Assembly: GCA_964655785.1 (NCBI GenBank)
Contig: CAZZNP010000002.1
Span: 6,727-70,726, forward strand
DNA: 64,000 bases
Direction: 5' to 3'
DNA from: an uncultured Gemmatimonadota bacterium
GTDB lineage: Bacteria; JAAXHH01
Positions within the stretch are counted from its first letter, which is position 1; each line of letters starts with the position of its first letter. The translations under genes were made by a program, and so were the position numbers. Below the pieces are notes generated by a model. That model had not been told where the DNA came from and ran no database searches. It saw only the letters and a program-made list of their open reading frames with translations. This document shows positions 56,639 to 64,000 of this stretch, piece by piece.

Positions 56639-59478
56639 GAAAGCCTCCTTTCCCGTATCCGCTCGGCGACCAGGTCAACCGCTTGCAGTTCGGTCGCGAG
56701 GCCATGTTCCTCCATGAGCCGCATCCGTTCGGCCACTTCGGATTCCTCGGTTTGCGCGAGCGCCATGGCGATCGCCGGCGGCACGTTCCGGAACAGCATG
56801 GGGGGACGTCCGGAAAGGAGCACCCCTTCGGAGTAGCGCCCTGGCGCCCGCCTGGCCTCTTCGAGCAACAGGCGGTCCTCTTCGGTGAGGCGGCGGAACC
56901 GGGATATCTCCTCGATTTCCTCCTTGGGCATGGACAGGCAGAACCAGAACTCGCACATGTTCAGGATCTGCCTGGTCTCGTCCGGGAAATCCTGCAGGCT
57001 CTGGGTGGCCATCCAGAGCCAGAGGCCCCATTTGCGCCACATTTTCGCGCCGCGGATCAGGTATCCGGCCAGGTGGGGGTTGGTCGTGGTGATGTGTGCC
57101 TCGTCGATCATGACGACGGACTGCCGGCCGCTGCCGCGGCGGCGCTCGGCGTCGCGCTGGATGACGTTCATCAGTCCGATGAAGGCGATGGACAGGATGT
57201 CCCGGGTCTGGTCGTCCTTGGCGAGCCGGCCGAAATCGACGATGGTGACGTCCACCTCCGGCCATGGATCCCCCGGGCGGTTGAATATCCGGTTGCGCGC
57301 GCCGTCGAGGAAGAGCTTGGCGTTGGCGTTCAGCCTTGCGAGGTTCTCGGCGCCGATGCCGTCCACGGGGTTCTCAAAGCCCGAGGGAACGCGGCCGCCG
57401 GCATATTCCTCGAGGACCTTGACGAAATCCGAGACGGTGGCATGGTCGGCTCCGCGCTCATGCGCGGCCCGGGCTGCGTCCACCAAGGCGGAACGGACAT
57501 AGGTGCGGTCGCTCCGGGAGAACCGGCGTTCCTCCATCGGATCGAGGCCAGTGATGATCATCTGGGCCGCGGCCTCCATCTCGCCCAGGTAGTCGGTGAA
57601 GTCGTCTTCCGGGGCCACTGGGGCCACGGAAGGTGCGTTCTCTTCGTCGGACGCTTCGCCGATCGCTAGGGGATTATGTTCCTGTTCCAGTAGTCTAGCG
57701 GAACTGGCAAACGGCGGCAGCGAGACGTCGCCACGGTCGAGCCGGACATGATTGACCGTGAGGCCGCGGCTCCGGAAGTAGTCACCGATGAGGCGGAACG
57801 AGTCGCCGACGTCGATGATGTAGAGGTGGGGCCTGTGGATGGCCATGACCTGCATGGCGAGGTAGTTGAGGAGCGCGCTCTTGCCGGTGCCGGTGGGACC
57901 GAGGATCAGGCTGTGCGGGGCCTTGTCGCGGTCATCCGGGTGCAGGATGTCGAGCCTGACCGGTTGCCCCGCCCGGTCGAAGAATGTAAAGCCTGGCCGG
58001 CCACTGCCCTGGGCCTTGCCCCAAAGGGGCGATGCGGCCATGGCGTTCGCCAGCCACTGGTGGCGTTCGCGCATCAGCCAGCGGTTGAACCTGGGACTGT
58101 ATCCCGCGGGGAGGTAGCGGATGTATTCGTCGAGTGGGAACAGGTTCGATCCCGGGTCGACGGTTTCGATGCCTTCGTTGGTGCAGAGGCTCTGGATCCT
58201 CGCGAGGCGGTCCTCGAGGTCGTGCAGGTCCTGGCCGCGGACGAAGAAGCCCATGACGGTGGGGAACATGTGGTTGCCTTCGGCCAGGGCGGTCTGGCAG
58301 TCGGCCACGTCGCCGCGGACGAGGACGCTCTGCGGGTTGCTGCTTCGCGACCTCCTGGCGATGAAGTCGAGGTGGACGGAGATCTCGTCCTGTGGCGTGA
58401 TCACGAACTGCAGGGTGAAGATCGTGTTCGTGGGGAGGCGGTCGAAGAAGGCCGCGGCGGTTCGTCCGCGCCCGGCGGATTTCTCCAGCGTGAGGAGGCC
58501 GGCACGGGGCTCTGTCCGGAAGCCGACGGCCGGCAGGTAGCGGTGGGGCATGTCTGCGAACCACCAGGCGCCGTTTTCCGTGTCGGATCTGGGGTGGTGC
58601 TTCAGCACCGAGTGGCAGAGGTCGAAGGTGGCGAGGAATTCGCTCTCGTCCGGATCGCCGTGTTCCGCGAGGTGGTCCCAGGCGTCCCTGCCGGCGAAGG
58701 AAGGATTCAGCCAGGGAAACATCCAGTTCGAGAACGCTCCGGGCGCGATCCTGTGGCTTGGGATGCCGGCGGCCGACAGGCCGAGGGAGAGGTGCTGTGC
58801 GAGCTCGTCGACCTCGTTGATCGGCCATCGGCCGGCGCGGTCCGGGTAGGCGGCAGGATCGAACCGCCGGTAGAGCACGAGGCGGCAACGCCTGACGCGG
58901 CCGCCCCAGCGCACGCCGGTGACGTCCTCGAAGATGCCGCCGGGCTTGCCGATGTCCATCAGGTGGGATCTCATGATTGCGTGGAAATCCCGGCTGTAGC
59001 GGTCATCTACGCTGCCGATCTCGGCCGCGTACTCATCCAGTCTCCTGGCGGCATCGAGCAGCGGTTCGTCCTGGAGGTAGAGCTGGACGATCCAGGGGTC
59101 TTTGGAACGCTGCGGGATGACGCCGATGGCCGAGACCATCTGGTCAAGCATGTTCTCGAGTTGCCTGGGGGAGCGTGCTTCCGCATCCACGGTGTCGAGT
59201 TCCAGGATCGCGGCGGCGGACGGCCAGTCCTGCAGCAGGAACAGCCGGGTATCCCGGTCCCAGGAACGGACCGGCAGGAAACGGGCGAAAGACGGCGGAG
59301 GCGAATACATGTCCTGTTGTTCGGACCGGGAGAGCCTCGGCTCGTCGTCGGCGGCAAGCCCGAAGGAGATCCCGAGCCTGCGGATCCGTTCGAACCACGC
59401 GGGTCGCGGCCCTGGCGGAGAGGCGACATCGAGGTCCCGGTACCGGGGAGGAATCGTGTTGCCGGCCGTACCCGTCAT
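56635..59478 (-). CDS. traC: VirB4/TraC-family conjugative transfer ATPase
   Basis: Walker A ILGPTGTGKSALLNYL, Walker B VVMIDEAHIT. 948 aa from the internal start MTGTAGN (59478; GAGGGGG RBS, ATGA overlap with the upstream lipoprotein gene). Confidence 0.85.
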   Translation of the reverse strand: MTGTAGNTIPPRYRDLDVASPPGPRPAWFERIRRLGISFGLAADDEPRLSRSEQQDMYSPPPSFARFLPVRSWDRDTRLFLLQDWPSAAAILELDTVDAEARSPRQLENMLDQMVSAIGVIPQRSKDPWIVQLYLQDEPLLDAARRLDEYAAEIGSVDDRYSRDFHAIMRSHLMDIGKPGGIFEDVTGVRWGGRVRRCRLVLYRRFDPAAYPDRAGRWPINEVDELAQHLSLGLSAAGIPSHRIAPGAFSNWMFPWLNPSFAGRDAWDHLAEHGDPDESEFLATFDLCHSVLKHHPRSDTENGAWWFADMPHRYLPAVGFRTEPRAGLLTLEKSAGRGRTAAAFFDRLPTNTIFTLQFVITPQDEISVHLDFIARRSRSSNPQSVLVRGDVADCQTALAEGNHMFPTVMGFFVRGQDLHDLEDRLARIQSLCTNEGIETVDPGSNLFPLDEYIRYLPAGYSPRFNRWLMRERHQWLANAMAASPLWGKAQGSGRPGFTFFDRAGQPVRLDILHPDDRDKAPHSLILGPTGTGKSALLNYLAMQVMAIHRPHLYIIDVGDSFRLIGDYFRSRGLTVNHVRLDRGDVSLPPFASSARLLEQEHNPLAIGEASDEENAPSVAPVAPEDDFTDYLGEMEAAAQMIITGLDPMEERRFSRSDRTYVRSALVDAARAAHERGADHATVSDFVKVLEEYAGGRVPSGFENPVDGIGAENLARLNANAKLFLDGARNRIFNRPGDPWPEVDVTIVDFGRLAKDDQTRDILSIAFIGLMNVIQRDAERRRGSGRQSVVMIDEAHITTTNPHLAGYLIRGAKMWRKWGLWLWMATQSLQDFPDETRQILNMCEFWFCLSMPKEEIEEISRFRRLTEEDRLLLEEARRAPGRYSEGVLLSGRPPMLFRNVPPAIAMALAQTEESEVAERMRLMEEHGLATELQAVDLVAERIRERRLS

Positions 59479-59936
59479 CTGAGCACCCCCTCGCGGAAGG
59501 CCTCGCCGGGGAGGGCGAAGTTCGGACCCGACTCGTACAGGTAGAAGACGGTGAGGTATCCGGGCACCGGGTGTCCCGCCGCGGACAGGTGGGGGAAGAC
59601 ATACAGGCCGATGCGCGGATTGCGGAGTTCCGGAAACAGTGCGGACAGTTCGTTGCCGGCGGACCGGGTCCATGCGGCGGCCCCATCATGCCCGCCAGGG
59701 TTCCAGCCCACGGCATCTCCGAGCAGCTCCGTGGCGGTTCCGGAGCCGTACCAGATGTCCTCGGTCGTGGGACCGCCCGTCTCGAAGATTTCCTCGCGGA
59801 CCGGGGTGCTGCATCCGGACATGGAGAATACGGCGGCGATGATGAAGACCAAGGTGAGGCCAACGATGACGGCGCCGCCATCGTGAAGTTGTTTAGGCCG
59901 GAGACTGCGCAGCCATGTCATGACCCTGGCAAGCAT
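59475..59936 (-). CDS. Conjugative-transfer-region lipoprotein
   Basis: MLARVMTWLRSLRPKQLHDGGAVIVGLTLVFIIAAVFSMSGC signal/lipobox. The ORF-track N-terminal extension overlaps the upstream gene in another frame. Confidence 0.5.
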   Translation of the reverse strand: MLARVMTWLRSLRPKQLHDGGAVIVGLTLVFIIAAVFSMSGCSTPVREEIFETGGPTTEDIWYGSGTATELLGDAVGWNPGGHDGAAAWTRSAGNELSALFPELRNPRIGLYVFPHLSAAGHPVPGYLTVFYLYESGPNFALPGEAFREGVLR

Positions 59937-61312
59937 CAGTCGAGCCCCCCGGGCCTGACCGCGGATTCCGCGGTGGAGAGTGAGGACACGTGACGGACCC
60001 TGCGGCCCTCGGGCGGCCAGTCGATGGGTATTGCCTGGGTGACATTGAGCGTGAGGACCTGGCCAGGAGGGACCACCACCGCGTCGAAGGCCTCCAGGGC
60101 GCGTTCCGCGATGATCCTGGACCATTCGTCGATACCGCCCGCGATGCCGCGTCCCAGGGCGTATTCCGCGGGATCTCCGGTGATTGCCCGGGTGACGGCC
60201 GTACCGTCCCGGATGGTCGTCGCCTGCTGTTCGCTCCATGCCCGGGCAAAGCTGGAGGCGGCGGTAGCCGAAGCGATGCCGGCGATGTTCTCCTGCAGGT
60301 TGGATACGAACCTGCCCGGGATACAGGGAAAACCCTGTTCGTTGGATATCCAGCCGATATTGCCGCCGGGGCCGCCCTGTGTAGCGATCGTTCCGTCGCG
60401 GAATATGAAGGTGACCTGGCTGAGGCGCCCGGACACGCAATGCAGCGTGGCGTCGCCCCGGGCGGTACCGGACCAGATCGCCTGTTCCAGCTCGGGCAGG
60501 AACTGGCTGTTCGCAAGCAGGTTGTCGCGGCCGGTGATCACCTTGAAGGGGAACGGATCGACCACCTCGCCGCCCTGCGGGACCCTACCGATCAGCGCCG
60601 TCAGGCCGCGTGAGCGGACCAGGGTGGCGTCCGCGGGGATGGTATAGGCCGGCACCGGAGGGGGCGGCGCATCCTCTTCCTGGGGCGCCAGGAGACTGGA
60701 TCCGCCCAGGGTCTGGAAATCGCCCAGCGAGGCGAGGCCGCCGTCCGCGCCCGGACCGCCGATGGGATCTGGCGATGCGGAGGCGAACCAGACGTATCCG
60801 TCGGCGCCGGGCACGCCCCGGCCGGCTGCCGGGGCCCCTCCGCCCGCGACCGGGTAGTCGTCGCCGGTGCGTGCCTCGAAATCGCGCAGCCGTCTCTCCA
60901 CACTGGCCAGGATGTCTTCGCGGAGGCGGGCATTGTCCGCTTCGGTACTGCCGCTTTCGGACAGGGTTTCCTGATCGGTCCTGATGGCGGACAGTTCCTC
61001 GGTGATCATGAGGAGCCTGTCGCCCATGTCGCCGATGCCGGTAGAAATATTGTCGGACAGTTCCTCGACCCGCGTCCGGATGGATTCCTGGTCGGCGGCG
61101 AGGGCCTGGACGGTCTCGCCGGGGCGGTCCGCCGCGGCGTCGCCGGCGGACGGTCGGACGGCTACGGGATCCTGTCGTGATCCGGACGGTCCGGATGCGG
61201 GCGCTGTCGAGGGTCCCGAGACGAATCGCATTCCGACGATGGCCACGGCCACCAGGGAAACGAGCCCGACGCCGAGGATCAGCATCTTGTTCTGCCGGTT
61301 GCGGACCGCCAT
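59936..61312 (-). CDS. ICE mating-pore protein (PFL_4705-type, TraB/VirB10-position), bitopic
   Basis: N-terminal TM MLILGVGLVSLVAVAIVG, an Ala/Pro/Gly-rich linker, then a conserved-looking C-terminal domain. ATGA-type coupling with both neighbours. Confidence 0.5.
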   Translation of the reverse strand: MAVRNRQNKMLILGVGLVSLVAVAIVGMRFVSGPSTAPASGPSGSRQDPVAVRPSAGDAAADRPGETVQALAADQESIRTRVEELSDNISTGIGDMGDRLLMITEELSAIRTDQETLSESGSTEADNARLREDILASVERRLRDFEARTGDDYPVAGGGAPAAGRGVPGADGYVWFASASPDPIGGPGADGGLASLGDFQTLGGSSLLAPQEEDAPPPPVPAYTIPADATLVRSRGLTALIGRVPQGGEVVDPFPFKVITGRDNLLANSQFLPELEQAIWSGTARGDATLHCVSGRLSQVTFIFRDGTIATQGGPGGNIGWISNEQGFPCIPGRFVSNLQENIAGIASATAASSFARAWSEQQATTIRDGTAVTRAITGDPAEYALGRGIAGGIDEWSRIIAERALEAFDAVVVPPGQVLTLNVTQAIPIDWPPEGRRVRHVSSLSTAESAVRPGGLD

Positions 61313-62319
61313 CAGCCGCCGGCCTCCTCGGCATGGAGGTGGATGCCGAGGGACGCCTCGAACGGCTGGTCGGAGACCAGGTACAGCGCCGTGGCGTCTC
61401 CGGGACGGAGCCGGCCGTGATGGAAAGACGCCGCGCGCCAGTGTCCGACGATCTGCCGCGGGTCCAGCCGGATGGGGCGTTTTTCCAGGTTGGTGACGCG
61501 GATCGCCGTGATCACGAGGCCCCCCTCCTCCCAGCTGGCGATGGGGGTGGATTCGACGCGGACGCCCCGGATCAGCCTTACGGGTGTTTCGATCACCGGC
61601 ACGCTGCGCAGGCCAGGACGTTCCGATTGCAGCCTGGGCGGCGAATAGAGGCGCTGCGCGGCGTGACGCACCAGGTCGACGTAGCCCGGTGCGGGAGCGG
61701 GATGCGGAAGCGCGGCCGCGGGGATCGAGGGCGTTTCGGGTTCGGACTCGCCGGCATCCCCGGGAGCGGTGGAGATTTCGAGGGGGCCTGCAGGGCCCGC
61801 ACCGGTGACCGCCAGGATGTCGAGCGGGACGATCTGTCCGGATGAGAGCTGCACCCTTGCGCGGGTGGAAACGGCGCGGTTCGCGGTGATGAGGAGGTAG
61901 CGGTCGTAGATCTCAAGGTTGAAATGGGGAGCGACCGCGGGTTCGAGGCCGAAACGGAATGGCTGTTCGAACTCGAGGCGGCGTTCATGGCCGACGCCCA
62001 GCACGACCTGTACCGGTGCGCCCGCGTATTCGACCCTGACGGGCGAGAGTGCGACCGGATTATCGGGAATCAGCCCGAAGTCCCGCATCATTCTTTCATC
62101 TTCCGCCGGTGACTCCGGAAGATCGACCCGGAAGAGCACGTCTTCCGCCCGCTGCTGCGCGGAAGCGGGACGGATCGAATCCACGAACAGCGCGATGAAG
62201 ACACCGCCCCAGAAGAGGACGATCACGAGGCAGAAGAAGAGAAACTCACCGACGGACAGGGCCGGCTGTTTCATGAAGTGCCTGATTGATCGAAGTGTGT
62301 AATTCATAGGCCCGGTCAC
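61312..62319 (-). CDS. ICE transfer protein (PFL_4704-type, TraK/VirB9-position), GTG start
   Basis: N-terminal TM FLFFCLVIVLFWGGVFIALFV, then a periplasmic domain. GTG at 62319 overlaps the upstream stop. Confidence 0.45.
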   Translation of the reverse strand: MTGPMNYTLRSIRHFMKQPALSVGEFLFFCLVIVLFWGGVFIALFVDSIRPASAQQRAEDVLFRVDLPESPAEDERMMRDFGLIPDNPVALSPVRVEYAGAPVQVVLGVGHERRLEFEQPFRFGLEPAVAPHFNLEIYDRYLLITANRAVSTRARVQLSSGQIVPLDILAVTGAGPAGPLEISTAPGDAGESEPETPSIPAAALPHPAPAPGYVDLVRHAAQRLYSPPRLQSERPGLRSVPVIETPVRLIRGVRVESTPIASWEEGGLVITAIRVTNLEKRPIRLDPRQIVGHWRAASFHHGRLRPGDATALYLVSDQPFEASLGIHLHAEEAGG

Positions 62320-62672
62320 AGCTTTCGTCGGCTGGTTTCAAAATACCTGTCCAACGTCGTATCGAGTCGAAGAAAGCACATAATCAGGAATGTCCAGGCA
62401 ACCGCAAGGAAAAACGCAATGGGAAAGCTGTTGAAATAGAAGACAGCTACGCATATTGCGAAGCAGACATAAAAGAGGACTTTCTTCAGCCGAACCAACC
62501 AGACAGCATTGCGCCTTCCCACGGAGTGATGCAGAGGCAGGAATGTTCTGTCGAGGAAATTCACGACCCGTTCGCTGCCGGAATCCAGGGCACGCCCCAG
62601 CAGGACGAGGGACACGATGGCGGTTGCCAGCACAAGCAATGATGTAAGGAGCGTGAGGAACAAGGGATTCAT
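62316..62672 (-). CDS. Small polytopic membrane protein inserted between transfer genes (hypothetical)
   Basis: 118-codon ORF with 3-4 hydrophobic helices, AT-richer than its neighbours, overlapping both flanks by 4 nt. Confidence 0.35.
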   Translation of the reverse strand: MNPLFLTLLTSLLVLATAIVSLVLLGRALDSGSERVVNFLDRTFLPLHHSVGRRNAVWLVRLKKVLFYVCFAICVAVFYFNSFPIAFFLAVAWTFLIMCFLRLDTTLDRYFETSRRKL

Positions 62673-63436
62673 GAATCTGCCCCCGTAACGGAGATCCGCA
62701 CCGGCTCGCGCAGGAACCCGTCGAGCTGCATTCCCCAGACGTTGCCGGCGGGGTCCACGTCTGACTGGACCACGCGAACCTCGTAACGGATGTGGATGTC
62801 CTTGACCCGTGTCGCGCCGATCGTCTCGAGGAGTCGGTAGTCCATGGTCACTGACCAGACGCCGTCCCCGGTCCGGATCACGCGCTCGGGGGAATAGAGG
62901 CGGGCGGAAATCGGGAACAGCGCCCTGCCCCTTCCCGCCAGTTCGTTGATGCCGGCGCGGTTGGTGAGCCTTGCATGGTCCTCGAGGAGCTGCCGGCGGA
63001 AAGACGGCGTGAGGAATGGCGCCTGGGAATCGATGGATGCCAGGTAGTCGTGTTCGCCGTCGGCGGGCCAGTGGTAGAGGTTCTGCAGGGTGATCGCGGC
63101 GAAGCCGTACACCGCGGCCGGCGAGGGGGTGGATGCGGTGATGAAGGAGCCCCGGGTGACGTCGGGAGGCACATAGACGGTAATCCAGTCCCTGGAGGAC
63201 ATCAGCGCCACTGACAGGACGATCAGGGCGGCGACCAGTGCGATGATGATGAGAAGCAGCGCGCGGTTGATTGCGCGGACGGTTTCGATGGTCTGGGCAT
63301 AGCCGGGTCCGAACCGTTCCAGAATGCCGGGTGTGGATACGGATGGATTGGATGAGGAGTCGGTCCCGGCCGAAGGCTCGGGCCGGCCCCGGCGGCGAAT
63401 CCAGGGAATCGAAGGCATGGAAAACCTGATCGTCAC
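62669..63436 (-). CDS. ICE transfer protein (PFL_4703/DUF2895-like), bitopic
   Basis: TM ALLLIIIALVAALIVLSVALM after a basic N-terminus. Periplasmic C-terminal domain. Confidence 0.45.
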   Translation of the reverse strand: MTIRFSMPSIPWIRRRGRPEPSAGTDSSSNPSVSTPGILERFGPGYAQTIETVRAINRALLLIIIALVAALIVLSVALMSSRDWITVYVPPDVTRGSFITASTPSPAAVYGFAAITLQNLYHWPADGEHDYLASIDSQAPFLTPSFRRQLLEDHARLTNRAGINELAGRGRALFPISARLYSPERVIRTGDGVWSVTMDYRLLETIGATRVKDIHIRYEVRVVQSDVDPAGNVWGMQLDGFLREPVRISVTGADS

Positions 63437-63795
63437 CGGATATGCCTCATGGGTTCCCAGTGACCGTCTTCGGAAACGAGATCCGGGATGGGTTCGATCC
63501 TGTGGCGAATCCTGTGGAACAGCTGCACCGGATAGCCCTCGGGCTGTTGGCGCTTGAGATTCACGATCGTGCCGCGGAGCAACATGGCGGAAACGAGCCC
63601 TGCCAGACTGCCCACCAGGATGCAGAAGTGAAAGGCAATAACAAGCGATGTGAATGCCGCCGTGACGAAGAACACCGCGAACCCCACCGTGATGGTCATG
63701 AGGAATTCGGTGCCCGTCAGGCCACCGACCATGACCGGCTGGTGCGAGATCCTGAGGGAACTCGGCAGGCGGAGTTGTGGTTCCGTGTCCGTCAT
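63433..63795 (-). CDS. Small conjugative-transfer membrane protein (TraL/VirB3-position)
   Basis: Two TM helices (FLMTITVGFAVFFVTAAFTSLVIAFHFCILVGSLAGLVSAML). ATGA-coupled to the downstream gene. Confidence 0.45.
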   Translation of the reverse strand: MTDTEPQLRLPSSLRISHQPVMVGGLTGTEFLMTITVGFAVFFVTAAFTSLVIAFHFCILVGSLAGLVSAMLLRGTIVNLKRQQPEGYPVQLFHRIRHRIEPIPDLVSEDGHWEPMRHIR

Positions 63796-63804
63796 GCCTG
63801 AAAA

Positions 63805-64000
63805 TCAGTTACCTGTGCCGCCCGTGCCGCCAGTGATCAAGGTGACCGCCTCGCTTCCCTCCCCGACAAGGTAGACCGTGAATGCGATCATGATGATGGC
63901 GACGAGGATGCCGAGCCCGAACCTTGCCAGCCCCCCTTCCCGGTCCTGCATTACGCGTATGGCGCCGGTGATGATGATATAGCCGGCGGTGGCGAAACCT
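63805..64000 (-). CDS. C-terminal fragment of a membrane protein (PFL_4702-type pilin-like transfer protein), truncated by the window edge
   Basis: My own translation of the minus strand: ...GFATAGYIIITGAIRVMQDREGGLARFGLGILVAIIMIAFTVYLVGEGSEAVTLITGGTGGTGN* with the stop at 63805. Confidence 0.4.
   Translation of the reverse strand, partial: GFATAGYIIITGAIRVMQDREGGLARFGLGILVAIIMIAFTVYLVGEGSEAVTLITGGTGGTGN

Larger units (their letters stand above)
1..64000 (-). mobile_element. Internal segment of an ICEclc/PFGI-1/pKLC102-PAPI-1-family integrative conjugative element (ends not in window)
   Basis: Co-linear minus-strand set of family-typical genes: ICE-type ParB, VirB4/TraC-like ATPase, TraG-N, TraU-like, TraH-like, DUF1525, a conjugative lipoprotein, and the R64-like pilL-N-O-P-Q-R-S-V type IVb pilus cluster. 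No integrase or attachment site was recognised in the window. Confidence 0.7.

Noticed and set aside
1-64000. Integrase, attL/attR, tRNA and rRNA genes
   Set aside because: No tyrosine-integrase motifs, tRNA-like cloverleaf or rRNA-like stretch was recognised by eye. The element boundaries are probably outside this window. A tRNAscan or Infernal run would be needed to exclude small RNAs formally.

Overview
The window looks like the interior of a high-G+C integrative conjugative element of the ICEclc / PFGI-1 / pKLC102-PAPI-1 type; almost every backbone gene is on the minus strand. Left to right it contains five blocks. (1) A maintenance block at 13-14378: an N6-adenine methylase fused to a DEAH (strawberry-notch-like) helicase, DUF2958, a GHKL ATPase, a PAPS-reductase-like PP-loop protein, a large ParB-like protein, a VWA/metallopeptidase-like protein, DUF3150 and a MoxR AAA+ ATPase. 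(2) A visibly AT-richer ~6.7 kb plus-strand island at ~14.4-21.1 kb with three large genes: a B12-binding radical-SAM enzyme, a GHKL ATPase and a 768-aa protein with a DndB-like DGQHR core flanked by putative nuclease-type domains. This is my best candidate for an undescribed defence or DNA-modification system. It is followed by a Hin/resolvase-type serine recombinase with a res-like repeat field, a Uma2 endonuclease, an MmeI-like Type IIG restriction-modification enzyme preceded by an 8 x 8-bp tandem repeat, and a DUF433/DUF5615 toxin-antitoxin pair. (3) An R64/PAPI-1-like type IVb conjugative pilus cluster at 29-47.7 kb: PilL, secretin PilN, PilO, PilP, ATPase PilQ, platform PilR, pilin, prepilin peptidase and two tandem PilV-like adhesins, one carrying eight Calx-beta-like repeats. 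Embedded in it are two TbpB-handle-type lipoproteins, one fused to a thermonuclease domain. (4) A small AT-richer insert at 49.3-50.5 kb of coiled-coil/TM mini-proteins with a ~60-bp direct duplication. (5) The F-like ICE mating-pore genes at 50.5-64 kb: TraG-N, TraH-like, TraU-like, DUF1525, the VirB4/TraC ATPase, a lipoprotein, and PFL_4702-4705-type proteins. I recognised no rRNA, tRNA, CRISPR array, integrase or att site, so the element ends are probably outside the window. G+C statements are visual estimates. All domain calls come from motifs read directly in the ORF translations and need HMM or BLAST confirmation.
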